A stretch of 64,000 nucleotides of DNA, taken from assembly GCA_038063455.1 (NCBI GenBank), contig JBBTVB010000002.1, forward strand, positions 257,296 to 321,295. Reading direction: 5' to 3'. Made by a program: the position numbers and the translations under genes. This DNA is from Patescibacteria group bacterium. GTDB taxonomy: Bacteria > Patescibacteriota > Patescibacteriia > PEXW01. Shown here piece after piece: positions 32,686-42,350 of the stretch (its first letter is position 1; every line of letters starts with the position of its first letter). The notes beneath the pieces were generated by a model. The model was not told the origin of the DNA and ran no database searches. It was given only the letters and a program-made list of their open reading frames with translations.

Positions 32686-32741
32686 CAAAAATAAAAGGAT
32701 TGCTTTTGGCAATCCTTTATCATCGAAAGAAAGTTTAGACT

Positions 32742-33161
32742 TCAACTGGCACGCACGGGCATGGGCATTCGAAAACGCTGTCTTGGTATGTAGCTCACGG
32801 TGCTATCCGGGTGAACAATGGCAGAGAGACCGCCAAATGCATCATCATATTTTCGAATAGTAATATGCATACCCTCAGACGCCATTGCGTTCACTGATTG
32901 AAAATACCAGTGACGAGTACACGCGCCTGGGCCGAGATCGGAAATCTGAACCCCGCTTGGCCATTCACCATTGGTGTGGTAGTAGCCAACAGCGTAGTTG
33001 GCAATTTGCTTTAAGAGCATATCGCCTTCGGGGATAATCACGGCATCACGCACTTCTGCTTGTAAAGCATCTATTTGCTTGTTGCTTTGCAGACGACCAA
33101 TAGTACTGGACGCTAAATTCACCAACGTCAGTACTAAAATCAATCCTACTAGAGCTTTCAT
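32742..33161 (-). CDS. Hypothetical secreted/anchored protein (start 33161 or 33197)
   Basis: Signal-like MKALVGLILVLTLVNLASS. GAAGGA SD before the ATG at 33161. Confidence 0.55.
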   Translation of the reverse strand: MKALVGLILVLTLVNLASSTIGRLQSNKQIDALQAEVRDAVIIPEGDMLLKQIANYAVGYYHTNGEWPSGVQISDLGPGACTRHWYFQSVNAMASEGMHITIRKYDDAFGGLSAIVHPDSTVSYIPRQRFRMPMPVRAS

Positions 33162-33353
33162 TTTCAATCCTTCTTTCCTTCTTTTTGTTTTATTCATTTA
33201 ACGTAGAATGATAGCACTTCAATATGATTATGTCAAGTCCAAGCTTGACAATAAGCGATAAGCCAGTTATAGTACCCGCGCTTCACATTTACTGGTACGG
33301 TAGCTTGGTTGCGGGCTCTCGCCCCTACTCGGCTTCCGCGAAAGGACCACGCT

Positions 33354-33653
33354 ATGCTCGAAAAGAGCGCCAAGGATAGGATCATCAAAAAGTTTAAGAC
33401 CCACGAAGGGGACACGGGCTCGCCCGAGGTCCAGATTGCGATTTTGTCGCATGAGATTGAACAGTTGGCTGAGCACCTGAAGACGCACAAGAAAGACTTC
33501 AGCTCCCGTCGCGGTTTGCTGAAGAAGGTTGGGCAGCGCCGCCGCCTGCTGGTGTACCTCCAGCGCGAGGACAACACCCGGTTTGAGGACCTGACCAAAA
33601 AACTCAAACTCAAGGCGCAGACCTACATCATTCCTACCGCGCCGGCTGAATAA
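33354..33653 (+). CDS. rpsO: 30S ribosomal protein S15
   Basis: [40 protein letters not shown]. Confidence 0.9.
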   Translation: MLEKSAKDRIIKKFKTHEGDTGSPEVQIAILSHEIEQLAEHLKTHKKDFSSRRGLLKKVGQRRRLLVYLQREDNTRFEDLTKKLKLKAQTYIIPTAPAE

Positions 33654-34222
33654 TGATTTCCACGGCTGACCAACGCATCGGGGTTTTCGTAGATCTCTCC
33701 AATCTGTACCATTCGGCGCGTCGCCTGCACGGCGGCCGGCCCAACTTTGGCGCAATTTTGGAAAAAGGCGTCGGCAACCGCAAACTCATCCGCGCGTTTG
33801 CCTACGGCATTAGCAACCAGACGGCGGAAGAAGAAAAGTTTTTTGAAAGCCTGACCAAGCAAGGCTTCGAGCTCCGGATGAAAGAGTTGCAGGTGTTCGG
33901 CGATGGCACCAAAAAAGGTGACTGGGATGTAGGCATTGCCATTGATGCACTGCGCTATGCCAAAAAAGTTGACGTGGTTATTCTGGTCACGGGTGATGGC
34001 GACTTTGTCCCCTTGGTCCGCGCCTTGCAGCACGAAGGTGTGCGCGTGGAAGGCATGGGCTATGGCCTGGCCGCCAGCGTGAAACTCAAAGAAGCGGTTG
34101 ACCAGTTCACCGACCTCTCAAATGACAAACGCTCGTTCCTGATTCCCAGCAAGCTGGCGCGCGAAGGCCGCTTGCGCTTGCCCTCGCACCCCTCGGTGGT
34201 GCGGGGAATTCTCTCTCGTTAA
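33653..34222 (+). CDS. NYN-domain (LabA/DUF88-like) protein
   Basis: IGVFVDLSNLY...AFAYG...VILVTGDGDFVPLV pattern. The ATG overlaps the rpsO stop. Confidence 0.8.
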   Translation: MISTADQRIGVFVDLSNLYHSARRLHGGRPNFGAILEKGVGNRKLIRAFAYGISNQTAEEEKFFESLTKQGFELRMKELQVFGDGTKKGDWDVGIAIDALRYAKKVDVVILVTGDGDFVPLVRALQHEGVRVEGMGYGLAASVKLKEAVDQFTDLSNDKRSFLIPSKLAREGRLRLPSHPSVVRGILSR

Positions 34223-34337
34223 TTCATTTCTCTCTCATAAGCCCAGGTTGGTATTCGGAGTTTGAAGTCAAAGGTTCACCGCAATGCGGATCTTCGACTG
34301 CAAACTGTGGATGCCCCGGGCATAAAGGACCCTAGGT

Positions 34338-36638
34338 ATGGCAGACCCCAAAACGTTTTCCGCCGAGATTGGCGGCAAGACCCTAACCATCCAAACCGGC
34401 AAGTACGCCGGCTTGGCCGATGCGGCGTGTACTGTCCAGTATGGCGACACCGTCATCTTGGCAACGGTTGTGCTCTCCAGCAACGTGCGCGACGGCATTG
34501 ATTACTTCCCGCTGATGGTGGACTACGAGGAACGCCTGTACGCAGCAGGAAAAATTAAGGGCTCCCGCTTTATTAAGCGCGAAGGCCGCCCGACCGACGA
34601 AGCAATTCTCACCGGCCGTGTCATTGACCGCTCGGTGCGGCCGCTCTTCGACGACCGGATGCGCAACGACGTGCAGGTGAGCATCCTGGTGCTGTCCGTG
34701 GACCAGGAGAACGACCCGGACATGCCGAGCTTGATTGGTGCGGCAACCGTTCTCTCCATGTCACAAATCCCGTGGAACGGCCCCATCGCCGGCGTGCGCG
34801 TGGGCCAGATTAACGGCGAGTGGGTGTTAAACCCTAGCTATGAAGCGCGCGAAAAGTCTGATCTCGACCTCGTACTGGCAGCCAGCAAAGACAAAGCCGT
34901 GATGATTGAAGCCGGAGCCAAACAAGTGTCCGAAGACACCATTGCCGGCGCTGTAGAATTCGGCATGAAGCACAACCGCAAAGTTATTGAGCTCATCGAG
35001 CAAGTCGTGGCTGCGGTTGGCCGAGAAAAAATTGTCATTACCACGGCCGGGGATGATGAAGAGCTAAAGAAAAAGATGCAAGCCAAGGTAGAAACTTTCT
35101 TCTCGGCTGACAAAAAGCAAAATATCTTTGCTGACCCAAGCAAGCAGGCACAACATACTGCTATTGAAAAACTGACGACGGAACTTGATGAAACCCTCAA
35201 AGCGGACAACGACGTGAACAAAGATGAGCGCGCCTTGGGCGTGGGTATGCTAGAAGCCTTGATTGACGAAGCCTCTATGGCCCTGGTGCTCGACACCGGT
35301 AAGCGCGTGGACGGCCGCGGCGTGGATGAAGTCCGCCCGCTGTCCGCAGCCGTTGGCTTACTCCCGCGCACGCATGGCACGGGTTTGTTCCAGCGCGGCG
35401 AAACCCAGGTGATGTCCATTATCACCCTCGGCTCGCCTGGTGATGAGCAGACCTTGGACGGCATGGAAGAGAACGGCAAGAAGCGTTACATGCACCACTA
35501 CAATTTCCCGTCCTACTCGGTGGGCGAAGTGAAGCCGAACCGCGGCCCCGGTCGCAGAGAAATTGGTCACGGCGCGTTGGCCGAAAAGGCACTCGTCCCG
35601 GTGTTGCCAGATAAAGAAGCGTTCCCCTATACCATTCGCGTGGTGAGCGAAGTGCTCTCGAGCAACGGTTCGACCTCGCAAGCTTCGGCCTGCGGTTCGT
35701 CCCTGGCACTCATGGATGCGGGCGTGCCGATCACGGCGCCGGTTGCGGGCATTGCCATGGGCATTATCGTCGACCCCAAAGATGCCACACGCTACAAAGT
35801 CATTACCGACATCCAGGGCATCGAAGACCACGCTGGCGGGATGGACTTTAAAGTTGCCGGCACCAAGCAAGGTATCACCGCCATCCAGGTAGACATCAAA
35901 ATTGATGGCTTGACCATGGACATGGTGAAAGAGGCACTCACGGGCGCGCTCAAAGCCCGTTTGCAAATCCTGGACGTAATGACGCAAGCAATGCCAGAGC
36001 CGCGCAAAGAACTTTCCCAGTACGCCCCGCGCATTACCAGCATCCGCATTAACCCTGAACTCATCCGCGATGTTATTGGTAAGGGCGGCGAGACCATTAA
36101 CAAAATTATTGACGAGTGTGGTGGCGCCGACGTTACCAAAATTGACATTGATGATGACGGCTTGATCTTCATTACCTCCACTAACTCCGAAATGGCCAAG
36201 AAAGCCGAGGAGTGGATTAAGAACATTACTCGCGAAGTCGTACCGGGTGAAATCTTCGAAGGCACGGTGACGCAGATAATGAAAGACCGCAACAGTGGCG
36301 GCGAAATTGGCGCCATTGTGGAATTTGCTCCGGGCAAAGACGGCATGGTGCACATTTCTGAATTTGCCGAAGCGCGCATCCGCGCCGTCTCGGACATTGT
36401 CCAAGTTGGCCAGAAGCTCAAAGTGAAAGTGATGGATGTGGACAAAGAGCGCGGGCGCATTAGCTTGTCGGTGAAAGCGCTGGGCGCGGAAAGCGGACTA
36501 GTTATTCCAGACTCTGCCTATGACACCGGCGGTCAGGGTGGCTTCCACGGCACCGGTGGCCGGGACCATCACGGCCCCCGCGGGTTCGGTGGCCCAGGTG
36601 GCGGCAACGACCATGGCCACTTCCGCCGACGGGAGTAG
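34338..36638 (+). CDS. pnp: Polyribonucleotide nucleotidyltransferase (PNPase)
   Basis: Two RNase PH domains, KH (GKGGETINKI) and S1 (GTVTQIMK...GMVHISE), with a Gly-rich tail. Confidence 0.95.
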   Translation: MADPKTFSAEIGGKTLTIQTGKYAGLADAACTVQYGDTVILATVVLSSNVRDGIDYFPLMVDYEERLYAAGKIKGSRFIKREGRPTDEAILTGRVIDRSVRPLFDDRMRNDVQVSILVLSVDQENDPDMPSLIGAATVLSMSQIPWNGPIAGVRVGQINGEWVLNPSYEAREKSDLDLVLAASKDKAVMIEAGAKQVSEDTIAGAVEFGMKHNRKVIELIEQVVAAVGREKIVITTAGDDEELKKKMQAKVETFFSADKKQNIFADPSKQAQHTAIEKLTTELDETLKADNDVNKDERALGVGMLEALIDEASMALVLDTGKRVDGRGVDEVRPLSAAVGLLPRTHGTGLFQRGETQVMSIITLGSPGDEQTLDGMEENGKKRYMHHYNFPSYSVGEVKPNRGPGRREIGHGALAEKALVPVLPDKEAFPYTIRVVSEVLSSNGSTSQASACGSSLALMDAGVPITAPVAGIAMGIIVDPKDATRYKVITDIQGIEDHAGGMDFKVAGTKQGITAIQVDIKIDGLTMDMVKEALTGALKARLQILDVMTQAMPEPRKELSQYAPRITSIRINPELIRDVIGKGGETINKIIDECGGADVTKIDIDDDGLIFITSTNSEMAKKAEEWIKNITREVVPGEIFEGTVTQIMKDRNSGGEIGAIVEFAPGKDGMVHISEFAEARIRAVSDIVQVGQKLKVKVMDVDKERGRISLSVKALGAESGLVIPDSAYDTGGQGGFHGTGGRDHHGPRGFGGPGGGNDHGHFRRRE

Positions 36639-36670
36639 GAACAACTAAAAAGCTGCGAGGCTTTAGGGCC

Positions 36671-36694
36671 GTAGGGGTGGAGCTTGCTCCACCC
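36671..36694. repeat. REP-like single hairpin GTAGGGGTGGAGCTTGCTCCACCC
   Basis: Same family as 8436-8493. Confidence 0.65.
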
Positions 36695-36800
36695 TTTTAG
36701 CTGTCAATTTTTCCGAGCGTGGGCGGCCCTGCCCGCGCTTGTTGATATTTGACTGGTTATTACATATACTCTAAAAAATAAAAGTGATATGGAGGTAAAA

Positions 36801-37244
36801 ATGTATAACTTGAAAACTCAAAAGTGGCTTTTTCTCATAACTTCGATTGGTATTGGTGCTATTGGGTTGTGCTTGCTGTTGAGTCTGATACCAATAAGTA
36901 CTGTCCTCATACCGCTGGCTATCTTTACCAGTCTATTAGGCTGGACACTACACGGAAAAATCTGGCCGAAGCAATTATTGAAGTATGGGTCGGCATGGAA
37001 AGCTGTACTAGTTAGTACTGGTTTATTCTCTGGGATAATAGGGCTATGCCTCATCATTCTAGCCATCCCTATGAGCTTGGGTTTGAAAATGCATATCAAT
37101 TTCCAAGGGCTCTTGCAATACTGCCAAGGCATCTGGGTGTCGTATATATTGATACTCTACGGACAAGGCAGCAGTATTTTTCTCGACTGGCTGATGCCTA
37201 AAGTCACCCGCTTCCGCCGCGCTGTCGCACTGTCGAGCATCTAG
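36801..37244 (+). CDS. Hypothetical membrane protein (AT-richer)
   Basis: GGAGGT SD before the ATG at 36801. Four hydrophobic segments with an internal repeat (IGxIGLCLxL..IP). Confidence 0.55.
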   Translation: MYNLKTQKWLFLITSIGIGAIGLCLLLSLIPISTVLIPLAIFTSLLGWTLHGKIWPKQLLKYGSAWKAVLVSTGLFSGIIGLCLIILAIPMSLGLKMHINFQGLLQYCQGIWVSYILILYGQGSSIFLDWLMPKVTRFRRAVALSSI

Positions 37245-37477
37245 CATTTGTTCAACCGTTCTTCTGAAAACCCGTTCTGCAATATGGCGGGTTTTTATTT
37301 TTTAAAGATCAGCGCACGTTAGAAAACATACGCTGGGATTCAATTATGGATACCGAGCGTACCTTCTCCAAGGTGCGCGAGTATGCAGTGACCACTGGGT
37401 TTCCCGGGCGGCTTTTGGCAGTATTTGACATTAAAATGATATGACTTATACTCTATATATCGTATAACGATATATCT

Positions 37478-37801
37478 ATGAATAAAGAGCAACTCAAAGG
37501 GCATTCCACCATGCTCATCCTGGCCACCCTAGAGCGCAAATCCCTCCACGGCTACGCTCTCTCACTAGTTCTTCGGGACAGCATGCCGGACGAATTTAAG
37601 TTTGGCATGGGGATGCTGTACCCCTTGCTGCACAAGCTGGAGAAGCAAAAGTACATTACCGGAGCCTGGCAGGAAACCGGCAATGGACAACGCCGGGTGT
37701 ACGAACTCACCCGGAAGGGGGAAAAAGAACTCCAGGCGAAAAAAGCTGACTGGGTGGTGTTTCAAAAAGCGATCACTCGCATTATCCACGCCGCCGTATG
37801 A
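37478..37801 (+). CDS. PadR-family transcriptional regulator
   Basis: LHGYAL...MLYPLLHKLEKQKYI...RRVYELTRKG. Confidence 0.85.
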   Translation: MNKEQLKGHSTMLILATLERKSLHGYALSLVLRDSMPDEFKFGMGMLYPLLHKLEKQKYITGAWQETGNGQRRVYELTRKGEKELQAKKADWVVFQKAITRIIHAAV

Positions 37802-38406
37802 CACACGAAGAATTCTTAAACATATTCCGCAAGGAACTCTTGGTAGGTGGGCCGCGTCGAGAAAAACTGGTGATGGAACTTGGGCAGCACCTAGGAGAAT
37901 TGGGTAAGCATACCGACGCCATTACCGAGTTTGGTCGGCCCGACGTCCTTGCGAAAAAATATAGTCAAACCCACTTGGGAATTTTTAGCAGTCGTCTAAA
38001 AATTGTAGCGCTTTTTGCACTCGCTTGGCTTTTCATGGAGAATGCACACTGGCTATACGCTTCCACGTTAAGCACCAAGCTCTCGGTGGGTCAGGCGGGA
38101 CTAGTGATTGCCATTACAACAATTGCTGGGAATCTTTTGATAAGTATCTTTTTTGCTTTTCTCTTGCAAAAAATACATCAAAAGATAATTGTGATTTTCA
38201 GTGCACTTTTTATGTTCCATATCCTGGAAGTTACGCTGAATATTTTGCTCTTGCGGGATTGGGACGGACCGTTACCACCAATATTATTTGCAAACTTTAC
38301 TAGCGTTATAAATATTAGTAGTCTATTATTCTATATTTTCGCGGCTTTAGGCGTGTACAAAATTTTGACATACGTCAAAAAACAATTGTCAAAAGAAGCG
38401 GACTAG
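37798..38406 (+). CDS. PadR-associated membrane protein (DUF1700-like N-terminus)
   Basis: ATGA overlap with padR. N-terminal soluble helix followed by 4 TM segments. Confidence 0.6.
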   Translation: MTHEEFLNIFRKELLVGGPRREKLVMELGQHLGELGKHTDAITEFGRPDVLAKKYSQTHLGIFSSRLKIVALFALAWLFMENAHWLYASTLSTKLSVGQAGLVIAITTIAGNLLISIFFAFLLQKIHQKIIVIFSALFMFHILEVTLNILLLRDWDGPLPPILFANFTSVINISSLLFYIFAALGVYKILTYVKKQLSKEAD

Positions 38407-38460
38407 GGCCGTGATGCAATACGTACCTCCATCTAGAAAGATTTCTGCTATCCTGTAAGT

Positions 38461-38871
38461 ATGCTCGCCCACCACTGGCACCCCCTGCACCCCGGCCGAA
38501 CCTTTGCGGGAACCATCCTCATTCTCACCTTCCTCTTTCGAGTGTGGGTGGTTTTTATTATTATCACGTTTGCCGCAACCCGCTACGGTTTGTCTGAACA
38601 GCTCATTGGGGCCAGCGCCATAAGCGCTCTGGCAATTATTCTGGACTTCTTCTTCACCGCGCGGCAATTTATTGGCTGGGACAAAACTATACCGCTGCGG
38701 TTTACTACCTACGCGATCAAACTAGCACTCATACTGGTAGCGGTTTGCTACGCGGCAAGCATCTGGCATGCCCGTCACGTCGTAGCATACTCAGCATTTG
38801 GTCTTTTCGTGGCTGCAATATTTGCACTAGACTTCCTGCTACTCCACCCCCATGCAAAAACGCGCCGCTAG
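38461..38871 (+). CDS. Hypothetical membrane protein (136 aa)
   Basis: Four hydrophobic segments. Overlaps the next gene by 20 nt. Confidence 0.5.
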   Translation: MLAHHWHPLHPGRTFAGTILILTFLFRVWVVFIIITFAATRYGLSEQLIGASAISALAIILDFFFTARQFIGWDKTIPLRFTTYAIKLALILVAVCYAASIWHARHVVAYSAFGLFVAAIFALDFLLLHPHAKTRR

Positions 38872-39208
38872 CTTCCTTATCGTTACGACTATCCTGCTGG
38901 CATGGAGCCTGCCCGGACTGGCGCAGGCCCTGTCCATTGAAACCGTGGGCGGCACGCTGGGCTTGGGTAGTGCAGATTTAAAAACCACCACCGTCAACAT
39001 CATCCAGTGGGTCTTGGGCCTGCTCGGGCTCATTGCGGTAGCCATGATTATTATAGGCAGCATCGTTGCTGCGACGAGTGCGGACAGCGACCGCGGGGAC
39101 GCCGCACGGAAAACAATTCTTGCGGCAATCATTGGACTGATTATTATTCTTATCTCCTGGGCCATTGTCACGTTTGTGATTGGCACCACCACAAATGTAA
39201 CCTCATAG
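38852..39208 (+). CDS. TrbC/VirB2-like small pilin-type membrane protein
   Basis: Signal peptide ending LAQA, then two TM helices separated by a charged loop (SADSDRGDAARK), the typical VirB2/TrbC topology. Confidence 0.5.
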   Translation: MQKRAASFLIVTTILLAWSLPGLAQALSIETVGGTLGLGSADLKTTTVNIIQWVLGLLGLIAVAMIIIGSIVAATSADSDRGDAARKTILAAIIGLIIILISWAIVTFVIGTTTNVTS

Positions 39209-39266
39209 CATTAGGACGCGCGCAAAAACACCCGAACCATTGGTTCGGGTGTTTTGAAGGTGCACG

Positions 39267-39803
39267 TTAGACAGTACGTCGCTTCCGATAGGCAGCTACA
39301 GCTATAGGGATAATATGTTCCCAGTGATGGTCGATAGTGTTCTCGGGAAGATTATCAATATCGTACCAAGCGCCACCTGTAGGCTCACCGTCAAGTTCAA
39401 CGAGGAAAATTCGGTTATTGAAAGAACCGCGCTCTTCTTCGAAAAAAATTTCACCCACCAAATCAAAATTGGTAATGCCCACATGAAACTCACGCTTCGC
39501 CAAGCGGTCTATGACCCGACGGTACGCTCCATCGCTACAGGGGTCAATGTTTTCGAAATCGCTATTACGAAGAATGCTGCCGGGCGAGTGCTTCTCGCCG
39601 GGGTAGGCAGGTTCGTCGTCCGGTCTCTGGATCATATACACCTCAATAGTGTTGTTAGACCCTTGACGCAGAGCAACTGTTTCGACGGCGACCTGCGGGG
39701 TGAGGCGGGCGAGGGAGCCAAAAAGTTCCGGCGAAAATCCGTCACGACTATTGATGGCTGCCAATTCTCCCATAGCAAGCTGGCTGAGGACTTGTTGTGC
39801 CAC
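39267..39803 (-). CDS. Hypothetical protein (178 aa; possible Nudix-like fold, no canonical Nudix box seen)
   Basis: Clean ORF with no competing frame. Weak resemblance only. Confidence 0.5.
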   Translation of the reverse strand: MAQQVLSQLAMGELAAINSRDGFSPELFGSLARLTPQVAVETVALRQGSNNTIEVYMIQRPDDEPAYPGEKHSPGSILRNSDFENIDPCSDGAYRRVIDRLAKREFHVGITNFDLVGEIFFEEERGSFNNRIFLVELDGEPTGGAWYDIDNLPENTIDHHWEHIIPIAVAAYRKRRTV

Positions 39804-39908
39804 GTATACTCTCCTTTGGTAATGTGCGTCTCTGCACGTTGATTGTGTGTTTTTGAACTAACTATGGTACCGTAGAAAGTACTTTTTGTCAAGGGTTAAC
39901 ACAGCTTC

Positions 39909-40472
39909 ATGATCATCACCATCAACGGCCGGCCCGGGTCCGGCAAATCCACTACCACGCAGCTCCTGGCTAAGGCATTGCACTTCCGTACTATTGATGT
40001 CGGCCAACTGCGCCGAAAGGCCGCGAAGCAGCACGGCATGACCCTGCACGAATTTAACCAGTGGTCCGAAAAACACCCGAATGCCGGCGACAAAGCCTTT
40101 GACCGGGCACTCGTTGCTACAGTGAAGCGGACAAAAAACGTCGTGGTAAGCAGCCGCACGGCCTTTCACTTCTTCCCCCAGGCATTCAATGTCTTCTTAG
40201 ATGTGAGCCCTGGTGTTGGTGCGCGGCGCATCCAAGCCGACCAGCACGACCGCTCCGTTGAAACTGGAAAACTCACCAGCGTCCGCGCTATCCAGCAAGC
40301 GGCAGCTAAACGCATGCGAAACGACGACCGCCGGTACCGAAAACTCTACGGCATCAACATTTTCCAGCAAAAAAACTACTCCTTCATCCTGAATACCACC
40401 CGTATCCCCATCCCGCAGGTTGTGCGCCGGGTACAAGGTGCTTTCCGCACCTGGCAAAAGCGCAAAAGCTAA
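39909..40472 (+). CDS. Cytidylate kinase-like P-loop kinase
   Basis: IITINGRPGSGKST Walker A with archaeal-type CMP kinase-like layout. Confidence 0.65.
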   Translation: MIITINGRPGSGKSTTTQLLAKALHFRTIDVGQLRRKAAKQHGMTLHEFNQWSEKHPNAGDKAFDRALVATVKRTKNVVVSSRTAFHFFPQAFNVFLDVSPGVGARRIQADQHDRSVETGKLTSVRAIQQAAAKRMRNDDRRYRKLYGINIFQQKNYSFILNTTRIPIPQVVRRVQGAFRTWQKRKS

Positions 40473-40501
40473 TTTTGGCTAACCTTAGCCACACCAGTTT
40501 G

Positions 40502-40530
40502 TTGACAAAGGGTCAAATTCCTGCTATACT
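40502..40530 (+). promoter_or_regulatory. Consensus sigma70 promoter TTGACA-17-TATACT
   Basis: Hexamers at 40502-40507 and 40525-40530. No ORF with SD downstream. Confidence 0.65.
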
Positions 40531-40536
40531 CCCTGT

Positions 40537-40957
40537 AGAAATAGAAACCGCTCCTTCATCAATCCAACGACTACTGCACTTGGGCCAACCAAGGAGCGAG
40601 AAGTACGACAGCTGGCACTACCAAACGTTGTGGGGCTTCTGTTCTACTACTCGTCATAGCTGTCCATGCAGCTGACTGAAAAGAAAAACTAGGAGAATAT
40701 AAAAATTCCCTAGCTTAAAAGGTTAATCTTTACGCTTTCGAGCCAGAGATATAACCACAAGAGTGGTAGTCACATTTATCGCGAAAACATGGAAAGCGAT
40801 GAATACACAGTTGTTTGTGGTTTATGATAATGCCTGCCACGTTTGCGTCTGCTCCTAGCGAGAAGAATCAAACGTGGCGGACATCGTCTACACAAACAAC
40901 CATTTAAGGGGCAGCCTATTAATCTCTATGATATACAGGCGTCGCCCCTTTTATTTT
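40537..40957 (+). ncRNA. Candidate ~420-nt structured non-coding RNA of unknown class
   Basis: Bounded by the promoter above and the terminator AAGGGGCAGCCT...AGGCGTCGCCCCTT + TTATTTTT (40906-40958). Long-range pairs include GTTGTTTGTG (40811-40820)/CACAAACAAC (40891-40900), GCCACGTTTG/CAAACGTGGC and GCTCCTT/AAGGAGC. Confidence 0.45.
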
Positions 40958-40994
40958 TGCTGAAAAAAAGTGAAAAATAGCGTATACTGCATGC

Positions 40995-41789
40995 ATGGCC
41001 AAAACTGCACCCACCAATGCACACGAAGCAAAGCTCCGGAAAGCCGGGCACCGACTGATTGCGGGCGTGGATGAAGCAGGCAAAGGCAGCTGGGCAGGGC
41101 CACTGGTTACTGCCGCGGTGATTTTGGATGAGAACGATATCCCGAACGAACTATATGATTCAAAAATGCTCACACCCGCACAACGCGAGCGAGCTTTTGT
41201 CGCAATCGCGAAAAAAGCATTAGCCTGGTCTGTGCACGTGGTGTCGGTTAACGACATAGATACGCACGGCGTGCACAAAGCAAATATAGCCGCGCTCAAA
41301 CGTGCAGTGGACAAACTCCACATCTCCCCCGATGCGGTGCTGGTTGATGCATTCAAAATTGATCTGGGAAAAATTCCCATGGTTAATATTATCGATGGCG
41401 ATGCGCTGGAACGAACCATTAGTGCCGCATCCATAATGGCCAAAGTCTCGCGAGATCGCTTGATGAGCTCGGAAATCCATCGGGCGCACCCAGAGTTTCA
41501 TTTTCATATTCATAAAGGTTACGGCACGCCCCTCCATGCAAAACTGCTTGCGATGCATGGCCCATCGCTCGAGCATCGCATGAGCTTTGCGCCGGTGAAA
41601 GCTGCGGCGGCTAAACCAAGAAAAAAGTCTAACGCAAAACGCAAAGCGAAACCAACAAAGAAAAAACTGGGCGCAAAAAAAGCAGTGCGACGTACAGTCC
41701 GCACAAAATCCGCAAAAAGGAGTATAACAAAGAGAGCGTCGCGCAAGCGGATAGCGAAGCCGAAACGCACAATACGCAAACGACGGTAA
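40995..41789 (+). CDS. rnhB: Ribonuclease HII with ~55-aa Lys/Arg-rich C-terminal tail
   Basis: GVDEAGKGSWAGPLVTAAV, DSKMLT and KGYGT motifs. The tail is KPRKKSNAKRKAKPTKKK... Confidence 0.9.
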   Translation: MAKTAPTNAHEAKLRKAGHRLIAGVDEAGKGSWAGPLVTAAVILDENDIPNELYDSKMLTPAQRERAFVAIAKKALAWSVHVVSVNDIDTHGVHKANIAALKRAVDKLHISPDAVLVDAFKIDLGKIPMVNIIDGDALERTISAASIMAKVSRDRLMSSEIHRAHPEFHFHIHKGYGTPLHAKLLAMHGPSLEHRMSFAPVKAAAAKPRKKSNAKRKAKPTKKKLGAKKAVRRTVRTKSAKRSITKRASRKRIAKPKRTIRKRR

Positions 41790-41795
41790 ACCCCT

Positions 41796-42350
41796 ATGGC
41801 AAAAATCCCTTCTGGTACAACCCTTTTTGAAACCGAGCACACGCTGCGGCGTATGGGCGTTGGGCCAGGCCAAGTTATTGCCGATCTTGGTTGCGGTGGG
41901 TCGGGCTACTTTGTGTTGCAAGCAGCAAAAATGGTGGGCAGCAAGGGCACGGTCTTCGGCATTGACGTGCTCAAGTCTGCGCTGTCGAACTTGGTCAGCC
42001 GGGCTAAACTTTCGGGGTTGCAAAATATTATTCCGGTGTGGTCGAACCTCGAAATGTATCGCGGCGCGCGCCTGGTGCGGGACGAGGTGGTCGACGTGAG
42101 CCTGCTGATTAACCTGCTCTACCAATCCAAGCGCCACACGGATATCCTGCGCGAGACCTACCGCATGCTCAAACCTGGCGGGCGGTTGCTGGTTGTAGAC
42201 TGGAAAGTGAGTGGCATAAAAATGGGCCCTACCCCAGAAAATTTGATTCACCCTGCGGACGTGCGGCGGGTAGCTGAAGATGCTGGATTCCTGTTTGTAG
42301 AGGAATTCACGCCCGGACCGTACCATTTTGCTTTGGTGTTCAAGAAATAA
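41796..42350 (+). CDS. Class I SAM-dependent methyltransferase
   Basis: IADLGCGGSGYF motif I and LKPGGRLLVVDW. Confidence 0.8.
   Translation: MAKIPSGTTLFETEHTLRRMGVGPGQVIADLGCGGSGYFVLQAAKMVGSKGTVFGIDVLKSALSNLVSRAKLSGLQNIIPVWSNLEMYRGARLVRDEVVDVSLLINLLYQSKRHTDILRETYRMLKPGGRLLVVDWKVSGIKMGPTPENLIHPADVRRVAEDAGFLFVEEFTPGPYHFALVFKK

Noticed and set aside
34838-36460. 213-348-aa minus-strand ORFs
   Set aside because: They are shadows of pnp.
40537-40957. Assignment of the orphan RNA as RNase P RNA, tmRNA, SRP RNA or 6S RNA
   Set aside because: The conserved signature sequences (GGAAAGTCC/ACAGAA..GGCTTA, a T-loop with CCA end and tag ORF, GGAAGCAGC) were not found by eye, and the length does not fit 6S. 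It is left as an unknown class.
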